A program made the position numbers and the translations under genes. The notes below the pieces were generated by a model. That model did not search any database. It was not told the DNA's origin and saw nothing but the letters and a program-made list of their open reading frames with translations. Positions 30,420 to 41,918 of a stretch of 64,000 nt of DNA are shown here, in pieces. Numbering within the stretch: the first letter of the stretch is position 1; the number at the start of each line of letters is the position of its first letter. The DNA comes from an uncultured bacterium. GTDB taxonomy: Bacteria > Verrucomicrobiota > Verrucomicrobiia > Limisphaerales > UBA8199. The stretch is from assembly GCA_963749495.1 (NCBI GenBank), contig CAVVMW010000021.1, positions 384,001 through 448,000 on the forward strand, given 5' to 3'.

Positions 30420-31041
30420 AATCGCTGCGAGTCTATTATGGTCCGAGGCGCTTGGCAAGTCCGGTGCGCTGAGTTTTGCGATTGACAGCAAACGTTGTTC
30501 GGGGGCAATTCCCCAGGGCAATCGTGGGGGCTAATTTTCGGCTTGCCAACAAACATTGTGCGAAACGGCATCTTGATCGCGGAGAGGCACCGTCCCCGGA
30601 TGGTGACTGTTCAGGTGCAGGACACGTTTGACGTGAATGTTCATGCGGGGACGACGGCGAGCTTTGTCCCGGGGAGACATCCCGACAATAGCCCGGCGCT
30701 TCAGCGCCGGGGAAAGCGGTCTAATGTCCGGCCCGTCCCGGAGGGACGGCTGAATCGGCTGCCCTCTTGTAGCGCTGAGCCTCAGGCGTCCCTGTCGGGA
30801 CGCGGGGGTTTTAGGGCGTCGGACCCGGCGCTGAAGCGCCGGGCTATTCTCGGGTTGTCCCTCCGGGACGGCGGCTTGGCTGTGCCCGGGGCTGGTGTCC
30901 AAGCCCGCACTGGTCCAATACCTGAGCAATTACCCCGGATGAACAGACTGCCACCAGCGGAGCGCAAGCAGTTGCGGGATCGTGCCATGCGGCTTGCATT
31001 TGGCCCTGCCCTGCATGTTTACATCGAGCGCCATCGCCAGT

Positions 31042-31989
31042 ATGGTAATGGTGATGCGACTAATCCTGCCAGAATGGGGCCGGCCGGAGGGGCGACTGGT
31101 CATCGAGACCGGCCAACTCGCCGGTCGGGGCTTCCGAGTTGGACCCAAGGTCTGCGGCAACCCAACCTGTGAGTGCAGGCGAATTGTCCTCGAATGCTTT
31201 CCGGAAACCGGAGGGGGCGCCGGGGTGCCACCGGAACCGTCTCGCCTCGAGATGGACCTGGAACGACGTGTGATAGCGGAGCCGGAGATTTCCGAGAACA
31301 CGCCTGCGGCCACACTCGCGAAAGCGGTGATGGACGAAATCACCCAGGACCAATGGGGTTGCCTTTGGACCTTCTTCTTCGACCTCAAGGTCTATTATAC
31401 CGAGCACGCCAACCTCGATGAGTTGGACACGGATTTCCCGCCCAACGCAAGCGAGGGCAGCATGGTGGGCTATTATGAAATCCTGCCCTTTGCCCGGCCC
31501 ATCAGCTTTAGCGCCGCGGGTCAGGACTGGGCTTTCGATGACCAGTATTGCCTCCGGCCCGCCTGCTCGTGCCGGGCCGCGGCCTTACAGTGCTTCCGGA
31601 TCGCTCCGGCCCCGGAGGGGGCTGGCCCCGCAGGGCCGAACCTCTGCTTCCGCTATTATTATGATACTCGGCGCATCGAGATGGTGGAGACGCAGGGACC
31701 GGGCCTCAGGCCAGAGACCGTCCTCAAGGTCATGCGCAAGGCCCGACCGGATTTCGATGTCTTTCTCGCCAAACGCCACCGCCAACTCCGCCACCTCTAC
31801 CGGCTATTCTTGCAACGCCATCCCGCTGCTGGACGTGCACAGGTCGGAGACTCCGAATGGCATGAGGATTCAGTGGACGTGCCCGCCCCGGTTCCGGTCC
31901 GGGCAACGCGCAAGCCTGGCCGAAACGACCCGTGTCCCTGCGGCAGCGGCAAGAAATACAAGAAATGCTGCGGGGTAAGACCTCAGTGA
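31042..31989 (+). CDS. SEC-C motif protein
   Basis: C-terminal [18 protein letters not shown]; two additional C-x3-C-x-C motifs. Confidence 0.8.
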   Translation: MVMVMRLILPEWGRPEGRLVIETGQLAGRGFRVGPKVCGNPTCECRRIVLECFPETGGGAGVPPEPSRLEMDLERRVIAEPEISENTPAATLAKAVMDEITQDQWGCLWTFFFDLKVYYTEHANLDELDTDFPPNASEGSMVGYYEILPFARPISFSAAGQDWAFDDQYCLRPACSCRAAALQCFRIAPAPEGAGPAGPNLCFRYYYDTRRIEMVETQGPGLRPETVLKVMRKARPDFDVFLAKRHRQLRHLYRLFLQRHPAAGRAQVGDSEWHEDSVDVPAPVPVRATRKPGRNDPCPCGSGKKYKKCCGVRPQ

Positions 31990-32321
31990 AGGCGGGCGCG
32001 TCCCAGGGGGCCGACCCCTCACCCCGGCCCTCTCCCCATCGGATGGGGAGAGGGAGTGTCCTCGGTGGCGCTTTGAGGAAGCCGAGACGCCTGGAAGCTC
32101 CCGAGACTGCCGACGCTGCGCCCTCTCCCCTTCGGAAGGGGAGAGGGCTGGGGTGAGGGCTCTGCCCGGCGCTCCGTCGCCCCCTTCACTGATCGATTAC
32201 GCTGCGGGGCGCAAAACATTTGACCAGGCATTTCGCGAGATGGCAGTCCACCCTCAGCGCAGTGCTTCGTTTTCTTGGTTTCCTTCGTTTGCTTCTGTTT
32301 CACGTTCCGGCGCCCCGGGGC

Positions 32322-33573
32322 TCAGTGGTATCCCCAGCCGAAGCGTTCGGTGATAGGCCAATAGACGAAGAAGGACTTGCCGATGGTTTGGGCGGCTGGG
32401 AAATCGCCCCAGAAGCGTGAATCGAGGCTGTTCATGGTGTTGTCGCCCATGACGAAGAAGTGCTCGGGCTCGACGGTGAATGAGACGCCGGGGGCGAGCT
32501 TTTCGATCAGGGCATGGCCGAAGTAGTGGTTTTCCTTATAGGCCAGGACCTGGTTTGCCGGCTGGCCTTTGGAGCGGTTGGCGGGGGCGCCGCAGTAGGA
32601 ATAGACATTCTCGAAATGAGGGGTCGAGGCGGTAACCGGGCGGCCGTTGACGGCGAGGTGGCCCAAGGGCACGGGGTTGGCGTAGCCGGGGGCGCCTGCG
32701 ACCAGGTAATCCTGGTTCAGGCAGAGAGTCTCGCCGCCCAGGCCGGCGAGCCGTTTGATGTAGAACTGGTCGGGCGGCAGGCCGGGAATGCCCTTGGTCT
32801 CGAAGACGACGATTTCGCCCCGCTCCGGCGCGCGGAAGTTGTAGCTGACACGGTCGACGAAGAGGTGGTCGCCGGCGCGGACTTTCATCCTAATGATGTC
32901 CTCGCCTTTGCGGAAGGACTGGCCGAGCGTGAGGCCGGCGCGGCGCTCGAAGCGTGGGCTGGCCGTAATCGGGCGGGAACCAGATCATGTAGGTCCTGCC
33001 GCCGACGACCAGCTTCTGCCAGAGGTTGAAGATGAGGAACTTGACCGGGGGGTCTATCTGATCAATGGGCCCATCGGACTTGGCGACGATGTGGATGTAG
33101 GAGACGCCCGCGAACCACTCGCGGACGCGTTTGAAGCCCGAGGGAATATCGAAGGCCGTTTGCTCGGGGGGCCGGTTGAAATCGAACCCGGAGTGGTCGG
33201 GCACGGAGGTGACGCCGTAGAGGGTGGGCTGCATGGAGCCGGTCGGGATCTTGAAAGGCTGGAGGAAGAAGGTGCGGATGCCCATGGCGACCGTCAGGGC
33301 GACCAGGAGCACCTCGATGTTCTCGCGGAAGCCGGGGTTGGGATAGGGCTTGAGCCACTTGTTGGCGGTTTCCTCGAGGTTCTGGGCCTGCTTTTCCAAC
33401 TCGGCCTTGTCCGCCCTGTCGGCCACGGCCTGCCGGACGGCGGCCATGGCGGCGCGGACGCTCTCGACGGCCTGGGGCGAGAGGATGTCGCGTTGATGAT
33501 CGAGGAGCTTGCCGACATGCTTGCGCATGGCGGTGGCGTCGCGGACCGTCTTGGAGAGAAACCAGTGAATCAT
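32322..33573 (-). CDS. lepB: Signal peptidase I; frameshift near 32940
   Basis: PFKIPTGSMQPTL in one frame; GDHLFV, YIKRL and GDNT.NSLDSR in the next; lies downstream of lepA. Confidence 0.9.
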
Positions 33574-33828
33574 GCGAGGGTTAAGGGTCGAGGGTCGAGT
33601 GGGCGGAGCGCCGTGGGCCGGCGCAAACCAATTCTGGGACAGTTCCTTGAGTCTGCTCGTCAAGCTTCCCCTCACCCCAGCCCTCTCCCCATCCGATGGG
33701 GAGAGGGAGGAGCGTCGGCCATCCGTGAACAAGTCGGAGCGCCCAGGAGCTTAGGCCAGCCAGGCGTTGCTGCTCCCTCTCCCCATCCGATGGGGAGAGG
33801 GTCGGGGTGAGGGGCACTCCGGGCGGCT

Positions 33829-35619
33829 TCATGTTTTGAGGACCTCGATGAAGGCCTCCTGGGGGATGTTGACGGAGCCGAAGGACTTCATGCGTTTCTT
33901 GCCTTCCTTCTGTTTTTCGAGGAGCTTGCGTTTGCGGGTAATGTCGCCGCCGTAGCACTTGGCGGTGACGTCTTTGCGGAGGGCGCCGACGGTTTCGCGG
34001 GCGACGATCTTGCCGCCGATGGCGGCCTGGATGGCGACGGCGTATTGCTGGCGGGGGATGACTTCCTTGAGCTTGGCGGCCAGGGCACGTCCCCTGCCCT
34101 CCGCCTTGTCGCGGTGGACGATGCAGGAGAAGGCGTCCACGGACTCGCCATTGACGAGCATGTCCAGCCTGACCAAGTCGGATTCCCGGTAGCCGGCGTG
34201 CTCGTAATCCATCGAACCGTAGCCGCGGGTGAGGCTCTTGATGCGGTCGTGGAAATCGATGAGGATTTCGTTGAGAGGGAGCGGGCCGGTGAGCATGACG
34301 CGGCGGGGATCGAGGGTCTCGGTCTGGTCCACGGCGCCGCGTTTTTCGGAGATGAGGGCCATCATGTCGCCGATGTATTCGTTGGGACAGATGATGAAGG
34401 CCTTGACGAGGGGCTCCTCGATGGCGGCGATGTGGGTGATTTCGGGCAAGAAGGCCGGGTTATCAACCTGCTTGAAGGAGCCGTCGGTGAGGCGGACGCG
34501 GTAGATGACGCTGGGGTAAGTGGCGATGATGTCCATGCCATATTCGCGGCGGAGGCGTTCCTGGACGATCTCCAGGTGGAGCAGGCCCAGGAAGCCGCAG
34601 CGGAAACCGAAGCCGAGGGCGACGGAGGTCTCGGCCTGGTAAACGAACGCGGAATCGTTCAACTGGAGCTTGGCCAGGTTGGCCTTGAGGTGCTCGTAAT
34701 CGGCGGTGTTGATGGGGTAGATGCCGCTGAAGACCATCGGGTGGATCTCTTTGAAGCCGGCCAGCGCGGGAGAGGGATGGCGGGCGTCAGTGATGGTATC
34801 GCCCATCTTAACCTCCTGCGGGGTCTTGATGTTGGCGGTGATGTAGCCGGTCTCGCCCAGTTCGAGTTTCTCGCGGGGGTAGGGCTTGGGATTGAAACCG
34901 CCGACCTCCTTGATCTCGACGTTTTTGCCGGAGTGCAGGAGCTTGACCTGGAGGCCGGGCTTCAACTCGCCGTTGAAGACGCGCACCAGGATGACCACGC
35001 CTTTGAAGGTGTGAAAATAGGAATCGACGACCAGGGCCTGGAGCGTGGGAGCGCCAGTGGGCTTGGGCTGGGGGATGCGCGCCACGATGGCTTCGAGGAT
35101 TTCATCGATGCCGATGCCCTCCTTGGCGCTGGCCAGGATGGCGGAGTCGCCGGGGATGGCCAGGATGTCTTCGAGTTGCTGGCGGGCCTGGGGGACGTTC
35201 GCGTGGGGGAGATCGATCTTGTTGATAATCGGGATGATGGCCAGGTCCTGTTTCATCGCCATGTGGACGTTGGCCACAGTCTGGGCCTCGACGCCCTGGG
35301 CGGCGTCGACGACGAGCAAGGCGCCCTCGCAGGCACTGAGGCTGCGCGAGACCTCGTAGGAGAAATCCACGTGGCCCGGGGTGTCGATCAGGTTCAACTC
35401 ATAGGTCTCGCCGTTTTTGGCCACGTAGCGCATGGTGACCGGGTGGGCCTTGATGGTGATGCCGCGCTCCTTCTCCAGGTCCATGGAATCCAGCAATTGG
35501 TCCTCCATCTCGCGCGTCGTGATCGTGCCCGTGCGATGCAGAAGACGATCCGAGAGGGTCGTCTTCCCATGGTCGATATGGGCGATAATGCTGAAGTTTC
35601 TTATGTGCCGGACATCCAT
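33829..35619 (-). CDS. lepA: Elongation factor 4
   Basis: AHIDHGKTT, DTPGH, NKID, GFRCGFLGLLH and KCYGGDITRK. Confidence 0.98.
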   Translation of the reverse strand: MDVRHIRNFSIIAHIDHGKTTLSDRLLHRTGTITTREMEDQLLDSMDLEKERGITIKAHPVTMRYVAKNGETYELNLIDTPGHVDFSYEVSRSLSACEGALLVVDAAQGVEAQTVANVHMAMKQDLAIIPIINKIDLPHANVPQARQQLEDILAIPGDSAILASAKEGIGIDEILEAIVARIPQPKPTGAPTLQALVVDSYFHTFKGVVILVRVFNGELKPGLQVKLLHSGKNVEIKEVGGFNPKPYPREKLELGETGYITANIKTPQEVKMGDTITDARHPSPALAGFKEIHPMVFSGIYPINTADYEHLKANLAKLQLNDSAFVYQAETSVALGFGFRCGFLGLLHLEIVQERLRREYGMDIIATYPSVIYRVRLTDGSFKQVDNPAFLPEITHIAAIEEPLVKAFIICPNEYIGDMMALISEKRGAVDQTETLDPRRVMLTGPLPLNEILIDFHDRIKSLTRGYGSMDYEHAGYRESDLVRLDMLVNGESVDAFSCIVHRDKAEGRGRALAAKLKEVIPRQQYAVAIQAAIGGKIVARETVGALRKDVTAKCYGGDITRKRKLLEKQKEGKKRMKSFGSVNIPQEAFIEVLKT

Positions 35620-35980
35620 TTTCAGTGCCGCGAAAACATACCGGAATCCGGCCTAAAGAAAAGGAGAATCCGGTTTTGGTTGTAAGGCGTCGGTGAAGGC
35701 GGGAGCGGCACCGCGGGCAGGCCCCTCACCCCTACCCTCTCCCCACCCGCTGCGACGGCGCGGCAGCGCGGCGAGTCGGATGGGGAGAGGGAGAATTCTC
35801 CGCAGCGTCTTGAGGAAGCGGAGACCCCAGGGAATTCGAGAGACTGCCGAGGCTTCTCCCTCTCCCCGTCGGACGGGGAGAGGGTCGGGGTGAGGGGTCG
35901 GCCGGGGACTCTGTCTCCGCCTTCATTGACTGGTTACTTTTGGTTGCGGCGGCGCCCCGCTGCGCTACATTCGCGCCCGT

Positions 35981-36484
35981 ATGAAACGCACGACCACCGT
36001 CCAACCCTTGGTGGCCATCCTGATGGGCAGCGACTCGGACTGGCCGACAATGAAGGCCGCGGCCGACACTTGCGCGGAATTCGGCGTCCCATACGAGGTC
36101 CGAGTGAGTTCGGCTCACCGGACGCCGCAGGACCTGTCGCGCGTTGCAGCCGGGGCGCACAAACGCGGGGTGCGCGTCATCATCGCCGGGGCGGGCGGCG
36201 CCGCCCATTTGCCAGGCGTCATCGCTGCCTTGACGCCCCTGCCCGTCATCGGGGTGCCCATTATGAGCAAGGCCCTCAAGGGCCTGGATTCGCTGCTGTC
36301 GATTGTCCAGATGCCCGGCGGTGTCCCGGTGGCCACAGTCGCCATCGATGGAGCGCGCAATGCCGGGCTGCTGGCGGTGCAGATCCTGGCCGTGGGCGAC
36401 GCTGCGTTGCAGGGGAGATTCATTGCCTTCAAGGCGCGTCTGGCCGCCGAGTCGCGCGCCAAGAACCGCAGTTTGGCCAGGTAG
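35981..36484 (+). CDS. purE: N5-CAIR mutase
   Basis: [23 protein letters not shown] and [11 protein letters not shown]. Confidence 0.97.
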   Translation: MKRTTTVQPLVAILMGSDSDWPTMKAAADTCAEFGVPYEVRVSSAHRTPQDLSRVAAGAHKRGVRVIIAGAGGAAHLPGVIAALTPLPVIGVPIMSKALKGLDSLLSIVQMPGGVPVATVAIDGARNAGLLAVQILAVGDAALQGRFIAFKARLAAESRAKNRSLAR

Positions 36485-36550
36485 GCGGGGGAGCAACGCC
36501 GAGCCGACGGAAGTCTTGACCTAAGTACGGCTTTGGAGTATCAGGGAAGC

Positions 36551-36858
36551 GTGGTTTTTATCGAACTGCCGGCGTTCACTCGGCGGCTGCTTGAATTGCT
36601 GGACGAGGCTGCCTATCTCGCATTGCAGGTCCACTTGGTTGTTCGCCCTGATGCCGGCAGGTTGATCCGGGGGGCAAAGGGCTGCGCAAGGTCCGTTGGG
36701 CGGCCAAGGGGCATGGCAAACGAGGCGGGGTGCGGGTAATCTATCTTTGGCTGCCCTCAGCCGGCCAGATCATTCTTGCCAGACTGTACGCCAAGAACGA
36801 ACGAGAAGACTTTGGTCCTGCCGAACTTAAGACCACAATTCGTGAGCTTGGACTATGA
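36551..36858 (+). CDS. RelE/HigB-type toxin; 1-base deletion near 36680
   Basis: VFIELPAF...PDAG.LI.G, then shifted LRKVRW...GKRGGVRVIY...YAKNE. Confidence 0.8.
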
Positions 36859-37208
36859 CGAAGACACTCATCGAGCAGATTCATCGCGAGATCGCCGACA
36901 TCGAAAGCGGCAAGGCCGCGCCCAGCCGCGTGTGGGAGTTGAGGCCAGACGGAAAAGGGGGATTCACGCGAGACACTATCCCGACCAGGGATTTCCAGCG
37001 GGCAAGGACGGCCGCGTGGGACAAAAACGTGGAGGGGACGCAACGCAAACTCGGCCTTTCTCAGGACCGTTTTGCGAGTCTGCTCGGGATCAGCGTACGC
37101 ACGTTGCAGCATTGGGAGCAGGGCAGGCGAAAGCCCAGCGGCGCGGCGCGCGTTCTGTTGAGGATCGCCGCTCGACATCCCGAGCTCGTGCTTGAGGCTG
37201 CTGCCTGA
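36855..37208 (+). CDS. HigA-type XRE antitoxin
   Basis: LGLSQDRFASLLGISVRTLQHWEQGRRKPSG; ATGA overlap with the toxin gene. Confidence 0.85.
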   Translation: MTKTLIEQIHREIADIESGKAAPSRVWELRPDGKGGFTRDTIPTRDFQRARTAAWDKNVEGTQRKLGLSQDRFASLLGISVRTLQHWEQGRRKPSGAARVLLRIAARHPELVLEAAA

Positions 37209-37265
37209 GCTGCGCCCTGCGCTCCCGGCCTTGCTTGCGCTGTGATTCAGCGTAAGATTGGTTCG

Positions 37266-37670
37266 ATGCAAGCAGCAGAAGCGAGCGACGGCTGGGGTTC
37301 GGCAGCCCAGGTGATTCTCGGCCCGGATCCTCAACTGGCCCTCTATGGTGAGGCGGTGGTATGGTTCCATAAAGTGGAGCTGTTTCGCCACGGAGAGGAC
37401 GCGCGGATGTATGGGCAAGATCCTGCTCCCGAGGATTTGCTTCTGCACAAGGAACTGCTGCTACGCTTGGTTGCCGACGGCGAGCACCTGCTGCGGCTTA
37501 TCGAACAGCGCGGCTTTCTGCCCAATGCCCAAGGCGTCACGGAGGCCGATGTCAGGGCCACCCTCCAGAACCTTCGGGCCGACTACCGAGGCTGGCATGA
37601 GCCAATGCCAGCAGCCCAGAAAGCGCAAATCCTCTCTGAGGTCTTCAATGGCGCGAAACCCGCTCATTGA
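37266..37670 (+). CDS. Hypothetical protein
   Basis: 134-aa ORF with plausible helical composition. Confidence 0.55.
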   Translation: MQAAEASDGWGSAAQVILGPDPQLALYGEAVVWFHKVELFRHGEDARMYGQDPAPEDLLLHKELLLRLVADGEHLLRLIEQRGFLPNAQGVTEADVRATLQNLRADYRGWHEPMPAAQKAQILSEVFNGAKPAH

Positions 37671-37675
37671 GGCCT

Positions 37676-39034
37676 TTACGGCCTCCTATTCCATCCGGGA
37701 TAGGCCCCTATCAATTTCTCGAGCGCCCGCGGTTTTCCCAGGATAGCGATCAAGTGGTAGAGGCTGGGGCAGGCCGTGTTGCCGCAGCAGGCCAGGCGCA
37801 CGGGATGGACCAGGACGCCGGTCTTGACGCCCAGTTCCTTGGCGGCCGCGGCGAAGGCCGCCCCGATGGTTTGGTGATCGAAGGGTTCAAGGCCCGCCAG
37901 GACCTCCCGCAACCGCGCCACGCGCGGCTTGTTTTCAGGTGTGAACTCGCGCCGGGCGGCCTCGGGGTCGCACTGGACCTGGTCCTGGAAATAGAACCCG
38001 GCATAAGCGGGCAGTTCGCTGAAGAGCTTGAACTTGCCCTTGCAGGTGTCGAGGGCGGCCTTGACATAATCGAGGGTGCAGCGGCTGGTGTCCAGGCCGG
38101 CGCGGGCCAGGGCGTGGACCGATAGCTCGTAGAACCGGTCGTCGGTCATTTGGCGGATGTACTCGCCGTTGAGCCAGTTGAGCTTGGCAATATCGAAGCG
38201 AGCGTTGTGGCGGAGGATTTGGGGCAGGTCAAACGCGGCGATGAGCTCGGCCAAGGGGAGCATCTCGCGGTTGCCTTTGGGGGACCAGCCGAGCAGGGCC
38301 AGGAAATTGACCAGGGCCTCGGGGGCGTAGCCCTCCTGCACGTAGGTGAGCAGCGAGGCGCCCTGGTCGCGCTTGCTCATCTTGGTGCCGTCGTTGTTGA
38401 GGATGAGGGGGATGTGGGCATAGCGCGGCGGCTCGACCCCAAAGGCGCGGAACAGGGCGATGTGTTTGGCGGTGTTGCTCAGATGGTCTTCGCCGCGGAT
38501 GACGTGGGTGACGCGCATTTCGAGGTCGTCCACGACGTTCACCAGGTGAAAGACGGGCTGGCCGTCGGAGCGCACGATGACGAAGTCCGGATCCAGTTGC
38601 TCGCGGTCGGTCAAGTCGCGGCGCACGTCCCCAACGACGAGGTCGGGGATGACAATGGGCTCGCGCTGCATCTTGAATTTGACCGCCCCCTTCTGCTCGT
38701 AGGCCAGGCCGCGCGAGAGCAGCGCCTGGACCCGCCGGCGGTAATTCTCCTGCCGCTGGCTTTGAAAGTAGGGCCCGCACTCGCCCTTGCCCGGGCCGGT
38801 GGCATCCCCGCCAATCGGGCCTTCGTCCCACTCCAGCCCCAGCCAGCGCAGGCCGTTGAGGATGACATTGACCGCCTCCTGCGTGTTGCGGGCGGCGTCG
38901 GTGTCCTCGATGCGCAGGATGAACGTGCCGCCGGTGTGCCGGGCGAAGAGCCAGTTGAAGAGCGCCGTGCGCGCCCCGCCGATATGAAGAAACCCGGTGG
39001 GACTCGGAGCGAAACGAACGCGAACTTTCATAGT
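37676..39034 (-). CDS. gltX: Glutamate--tRNA ligase
   Basis: RFAPSPTG, HIGG, RGEDH, KMSKR and an anticodon-binding domain. Confidence 0.96.
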   Translation of the reverse strand, partial: TMKVRVRFAPSPTGFLHIGGARTALFNWLFARHTGGTFILRIEDTDAARNTQEAVNVILNGLRWLGLEWDEGPIGGDATGPGKGECGPYFQSQRQENYRRRVQALLSRGLAYEQKGAVKFKMQREPIVIPDLVVGDVRRDLTDREQLDPDFVIVRSDGQPVFHLVNVVDDLEMRVTHVIRGEDHLSNTAKHIALFRAFGVEPPRYAHIPLILNNDGTKMSKRDQGASLLTYVQEGYAPEALVNFLALLGWSPKGNREMLPLAELIAAFDLPQILRHNARFDIAKLNWLNGEYIRQMTDDRFYELSVHALARAGLDTSRCTLDYVKAALDTCKGKFKLFSELPAYAGFYFQDQVQCDPEAARREFTPENKPRVARLREVLAGLEPFDHQTIGAAFAAAAKELGVKTGVLVHPVRLACCGNTACPSLYHLIAILGKPRALEKLIGAYPGWNRRP

Positions 39035-39412
39035 CATCATTCAGGCCGGACAGCCTCGCCTGAAACTCAAGATACTGTGGCCCGGGCGAGCAGCAAGCCC
39101 GGAAAGGGTGAAGCGTGAAACGTGAAGCGTGAAACGTGAAACGTGACAAAAGGGTAATGCCTCTGAGGGCGAGGGCGACACGGCGGGCAGACCCCTCACC
39201 CCGGCCCTCTCCCCTTCGGAAGGGGAGAGGGAGGATTCTCGGCAGCGGCTTGACAAAACGGAGACGCCGGGAATTCCCAGAGACGGCGGACCCTTCTCCC
39301 TCTCCCCTTCGGAAGGGGAGAGGGCCGGGGTGAGGGGTTCGCCGGAGACTCCGTTTCCGCCTTCACTGACCGACCACAACAAGAAGGACGTGCGGAGGCC
39401 AAGACCGTTGGC

Positions 39413-40399
39413 TTACGGCGCACGCCTCCGGGCGGCGCGGGCGGTTTCCAGCGCACCCAGGACACGGCAGAGGGCCGAGAGGCGGGGCACGGGGAGCTTT
39501 GCCCGGCGGGCCTGGCGGAGCGGTTCCAGGAAGAGGCTCTCCAGTTCGAGAGGCAGGCCGCGCTCGAAATCGATGAGCGTGGATGCCTTGTAGGCGCCCA
39601 TCGTTCCGGTGCGCTGGATGTGTTTGTCGGCCATGGCCTCGGGCACGTCGAGGCCGAGGGCGCGGGCTGCGCTGATGACCTCGAGCATCAACTCGCGCAG
39701 GAGTTGCTTCCATTGGCGGTCCCCCAGGATTTGGTCGGTGGGCAGGCAGGGACCGAGCGGGGCGCCCTCCGCCAACTGGCCGCGCAGGACCGCTTGGTAA
39801 CCGGCGGCCCCAGCCACGCCCAGGCCGTTGAACGGGATGTTCCAGACCAGCTTCTCCCAATGGGTGCGCGCCAGGTCATCGGTGATCGAGCACGGGACGC
39901 CGGCCTTGCAGAACAAGGCGGCCAGGTCATGGGTGCGCGGTTGGGGCGGGCGCTGGAATTCGCCCAGGACAACCTGGCCGTGGTCAATGTGGTGAACCAG
40001 ACCCGGGGCCACGCGGTTCAAGCAGACGAAGCAAAGGCCCCCGAGGATTTGTCCGGGCGGGACGAGGCGGGCCAGGTGCTCCTCGTTGCCAAGGCCGTTC
40101 TGCAACGTGACCAGGGCCGTGGCCGGTCCGGCCAGCGGCGGCAGCAGACGCGGGAACTGGTCGTTGGCCGTGGTCTTGAGCCCGATGAGGACCAGGTCGC
40201 TCGGGCCGATTTCCTCAGGCAGGCGGGCGCACCGGGGCTGGACGTGGAAATCGCCTTGGAAACTGCGGACCCAAAGGCCCTGGCGCCGAACCGCCTCGTA
40301 ATCCGAGCGCAGCAGGAAATGCACGTCCTGGCCGGATTGGGCGAGCCTGGCTCCGTAATAGCTGCCGACGGCCCCGCACCCGACAACGGCGATCTTCAC
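39413..40399 (-). CDS. panE: 2-dehydropantoate 2-reductase
   Basis: GCGAVG, LQNGLGNE, WEKLVWN and S...D...G..LE. Confidence 0.88.
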   Translation of the reverse strand: MKIAVVGCGAVGSYYGARLAQSGQDVHFLLRSDYEAVRRQGLWVRSFQGDFHVQPRCARLPEEIGPSDLVLIGLKTTANDQFPRLLPPLAGPATALVTLQNGLGNEEHLARLVPPGQILGGLCFVCLNRVAPGLVHHIDHGQVVLGEFQRPPQPRTHDLAALFCKAGVPCSITDDLARTHWEKLVWNIPFNGLGVAGAAGYQAVLRGQLAEGAPLGPCLPTDQILGDRQWKQLLRELMLEVISAARALGLDVPEAMADKHIQRTGTMGAYKASTLIDFERGLPLELESLFLEPLRQARRAKLPVPRLSALCRVLGALETARAARRRAP

Positions 40400-40409
40400 A
40401 GGGCAGCGA

Positions 40410-40440
40410 AAAAGCACCCGGGACGACCCCGGGTGCTTTC
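40410..40440 (-). terminator. Intrinsic terminator after the HU gene
   Basis: AAAGCACCCGGG-acgac-CCCGGGTGCTTT hairpin followed by a T-run on the minus strand. Confidence 0.7.
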
Positions 40441-40456
40441 TCCAAGACAGAGCGAA

Positions 40457-40753
40457 TCACTTGGCGGCGAGGATGGCGTCTTTGGCGGCCTTGGCGACGC
40501 GGAACTTGACAACGCGTTTGGGTGGGATGGTGATCGTCTTGCCCTTGTCGGGGCCGAATTGCATCACCATGGACCGGGCGGGACGGCTCACCAGGACCAG
40601 CTTGCCGAGCCCCGGCAGGGTGAAAGTATTCTTGGCCTGCTTGTAGGCGAGTTCCGCAATCGAGTCCAAGACCTGCACGGCCTGTTTCTTCGAAAGGGCG
40701 TTCTTCTCGGCGATCGTGGCGGCAATTTGCGATTTGGAGAGTGCTTTAGCCAT
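40457..40753 (-). CDS. HU family DNA-binding protein
   Basis: FTLPGLGKL...RPAR...TITIP.KRVVKFR. Confidence 0.93.
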   Translation of the reverse strand: MAKALSKSQIAATIAEKNALSKKQAVQVLDSIAELAYKQAKNTFTLPGLGKLVLVSRPARSMVMQFGPDKGKTITIPPKRVVKFRVAKAAKDAILAAK

Positions 40754-40929
40754 AGTGGTAAACGATGCGTTTTGTTGTTTATGGTCACTTGCGCGCTAAC
40801 GAGTCGTAAGACTCGCTGGAGTTAAACTCTTTTGGCGCGGGGACGCAAGGATAAAATGACGCAGACTTGACTTCGCGGAAAAGCTCTCGCCAAGATTGGG
40901 CGTGGCCCTCTTCACGATACAGGACTTGT

Positions 40930-41832
40930 ATGAGTAATGCGCATTTCAAGGCGGGCCGGACTGTGACCCTGGGCCTGGTGCAGGCCGGCGCCGTTGCGGA
41001 CCCGGCGGTGAACTTGAGCAAGACCCTGTCCGCTGCCCGGGAGGCGGCGCGGCAGGGCGCTCAGATCATCTGCACCCAAGAGTTGTTCCGCTCCCAGTAC
41101 TTCTGCCAATCCGAGGACCACCGCTTCTTCGAACTGGCCGAGGCCATCCCCGGCCCGTCCACCGAGGCCTTCCAGCAATTGGCCCTCGAGTGCCAGGTGG
41201 TGGTGATTGCCTCCCTCTTCGAGCGGCGCGGCCCCGGTCTCTATCATAACACGGCCATCATCATTGATGCGGACGGCTCGCTGCTGGGGCGCTACCGCAA
41301 GATGCACATCCCGGACGACCCGCTCTACTACGAGAAGTTTTACTTCGCGCCTGGGGACCTGGGGTTTCGGGCCTGGCAGACCCGTTACGCCAGGCTCGGG
41401 GTCCTGGTTTGCTGGGACCAATGGTTTCCGGAGGCGGCGCGCCTGACGGCGCTGCACGGGGCGGAGATCCTCTTCTACCCTACCGCGATCGGCTGGCATC
41501 CTGCCGAGAAGGCGCAACAGGGCCGCAGCCAGCTTGAGGCCTGGGAGACGATTCAACGCGCGCACGCCATCGCCAATGGGTGTTATGTGGCCGTGCCCAA
41601 CCGCGTGGGGCATGAGAAACTGGCCGGAGCGGGCATCGAGTTCTGGGGCCAGAGCTTCGTGGCCGGTCCGGGGGGCGAGGTCCTGGCCAGGGCCGGCGCG
41701 GACCAAGAGCAGACCCTGGTGGTGCCGGTGGACCTCGCCAAGGTCGAGGCCGCGCGCACGCACTGGCCGTTCCTGCGCGACCGCCGCATCGATGCCTACG
41801 GGGACCTGACAAAAAGGTTTATTGATGAATGA
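40930..41832 (+). CDS. aguB: N-carbamoylputrescine amidase-like C-N hydrolase
   Basis: TQELF, YRKMHIPDDP.YYEKFYF and CWDQWFPE. Confidence 0.8.
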   Translation: MSNAHFKAGRTVTLGLVQAGAVADPAVNLSKTLSAAREAARQGAQIICTQELFRSQYFCQSEDHRFFELAEAIPGPSTEAFQQLALECQVVVIASLFERRGPGLYHNTAIIIDADGSLLGRYRKMHIPDDPLYYEKFYFAPGDLGFRAWQTRYARLGVLVCWDQWFPEAARLTALHGAEILFYPTAIGWHPAEKAQQGRSQLEAWETIQRAHAIANGCYVAVPNRVGHEKLAGAGIEFWGQSFVAGPGGEVLARAGADQEQTLVVPVDLAKVEAARTHWPFLRDRRIDAYGDLTKRFIDE

Positions 41833-41918
41833 GGCTCCCTCGCGGTTCACGGTTCATGGTTCACGGTTCGCCTTTCACGTTTCACGTTTCAGCCCTTGAG
41901 ACCTGACAAAGAGGCTTA

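Noticed and set aside
25698..30565. Prophage or integron
   Set aside because: No integrase, phage structural genes or convincing attC sites.
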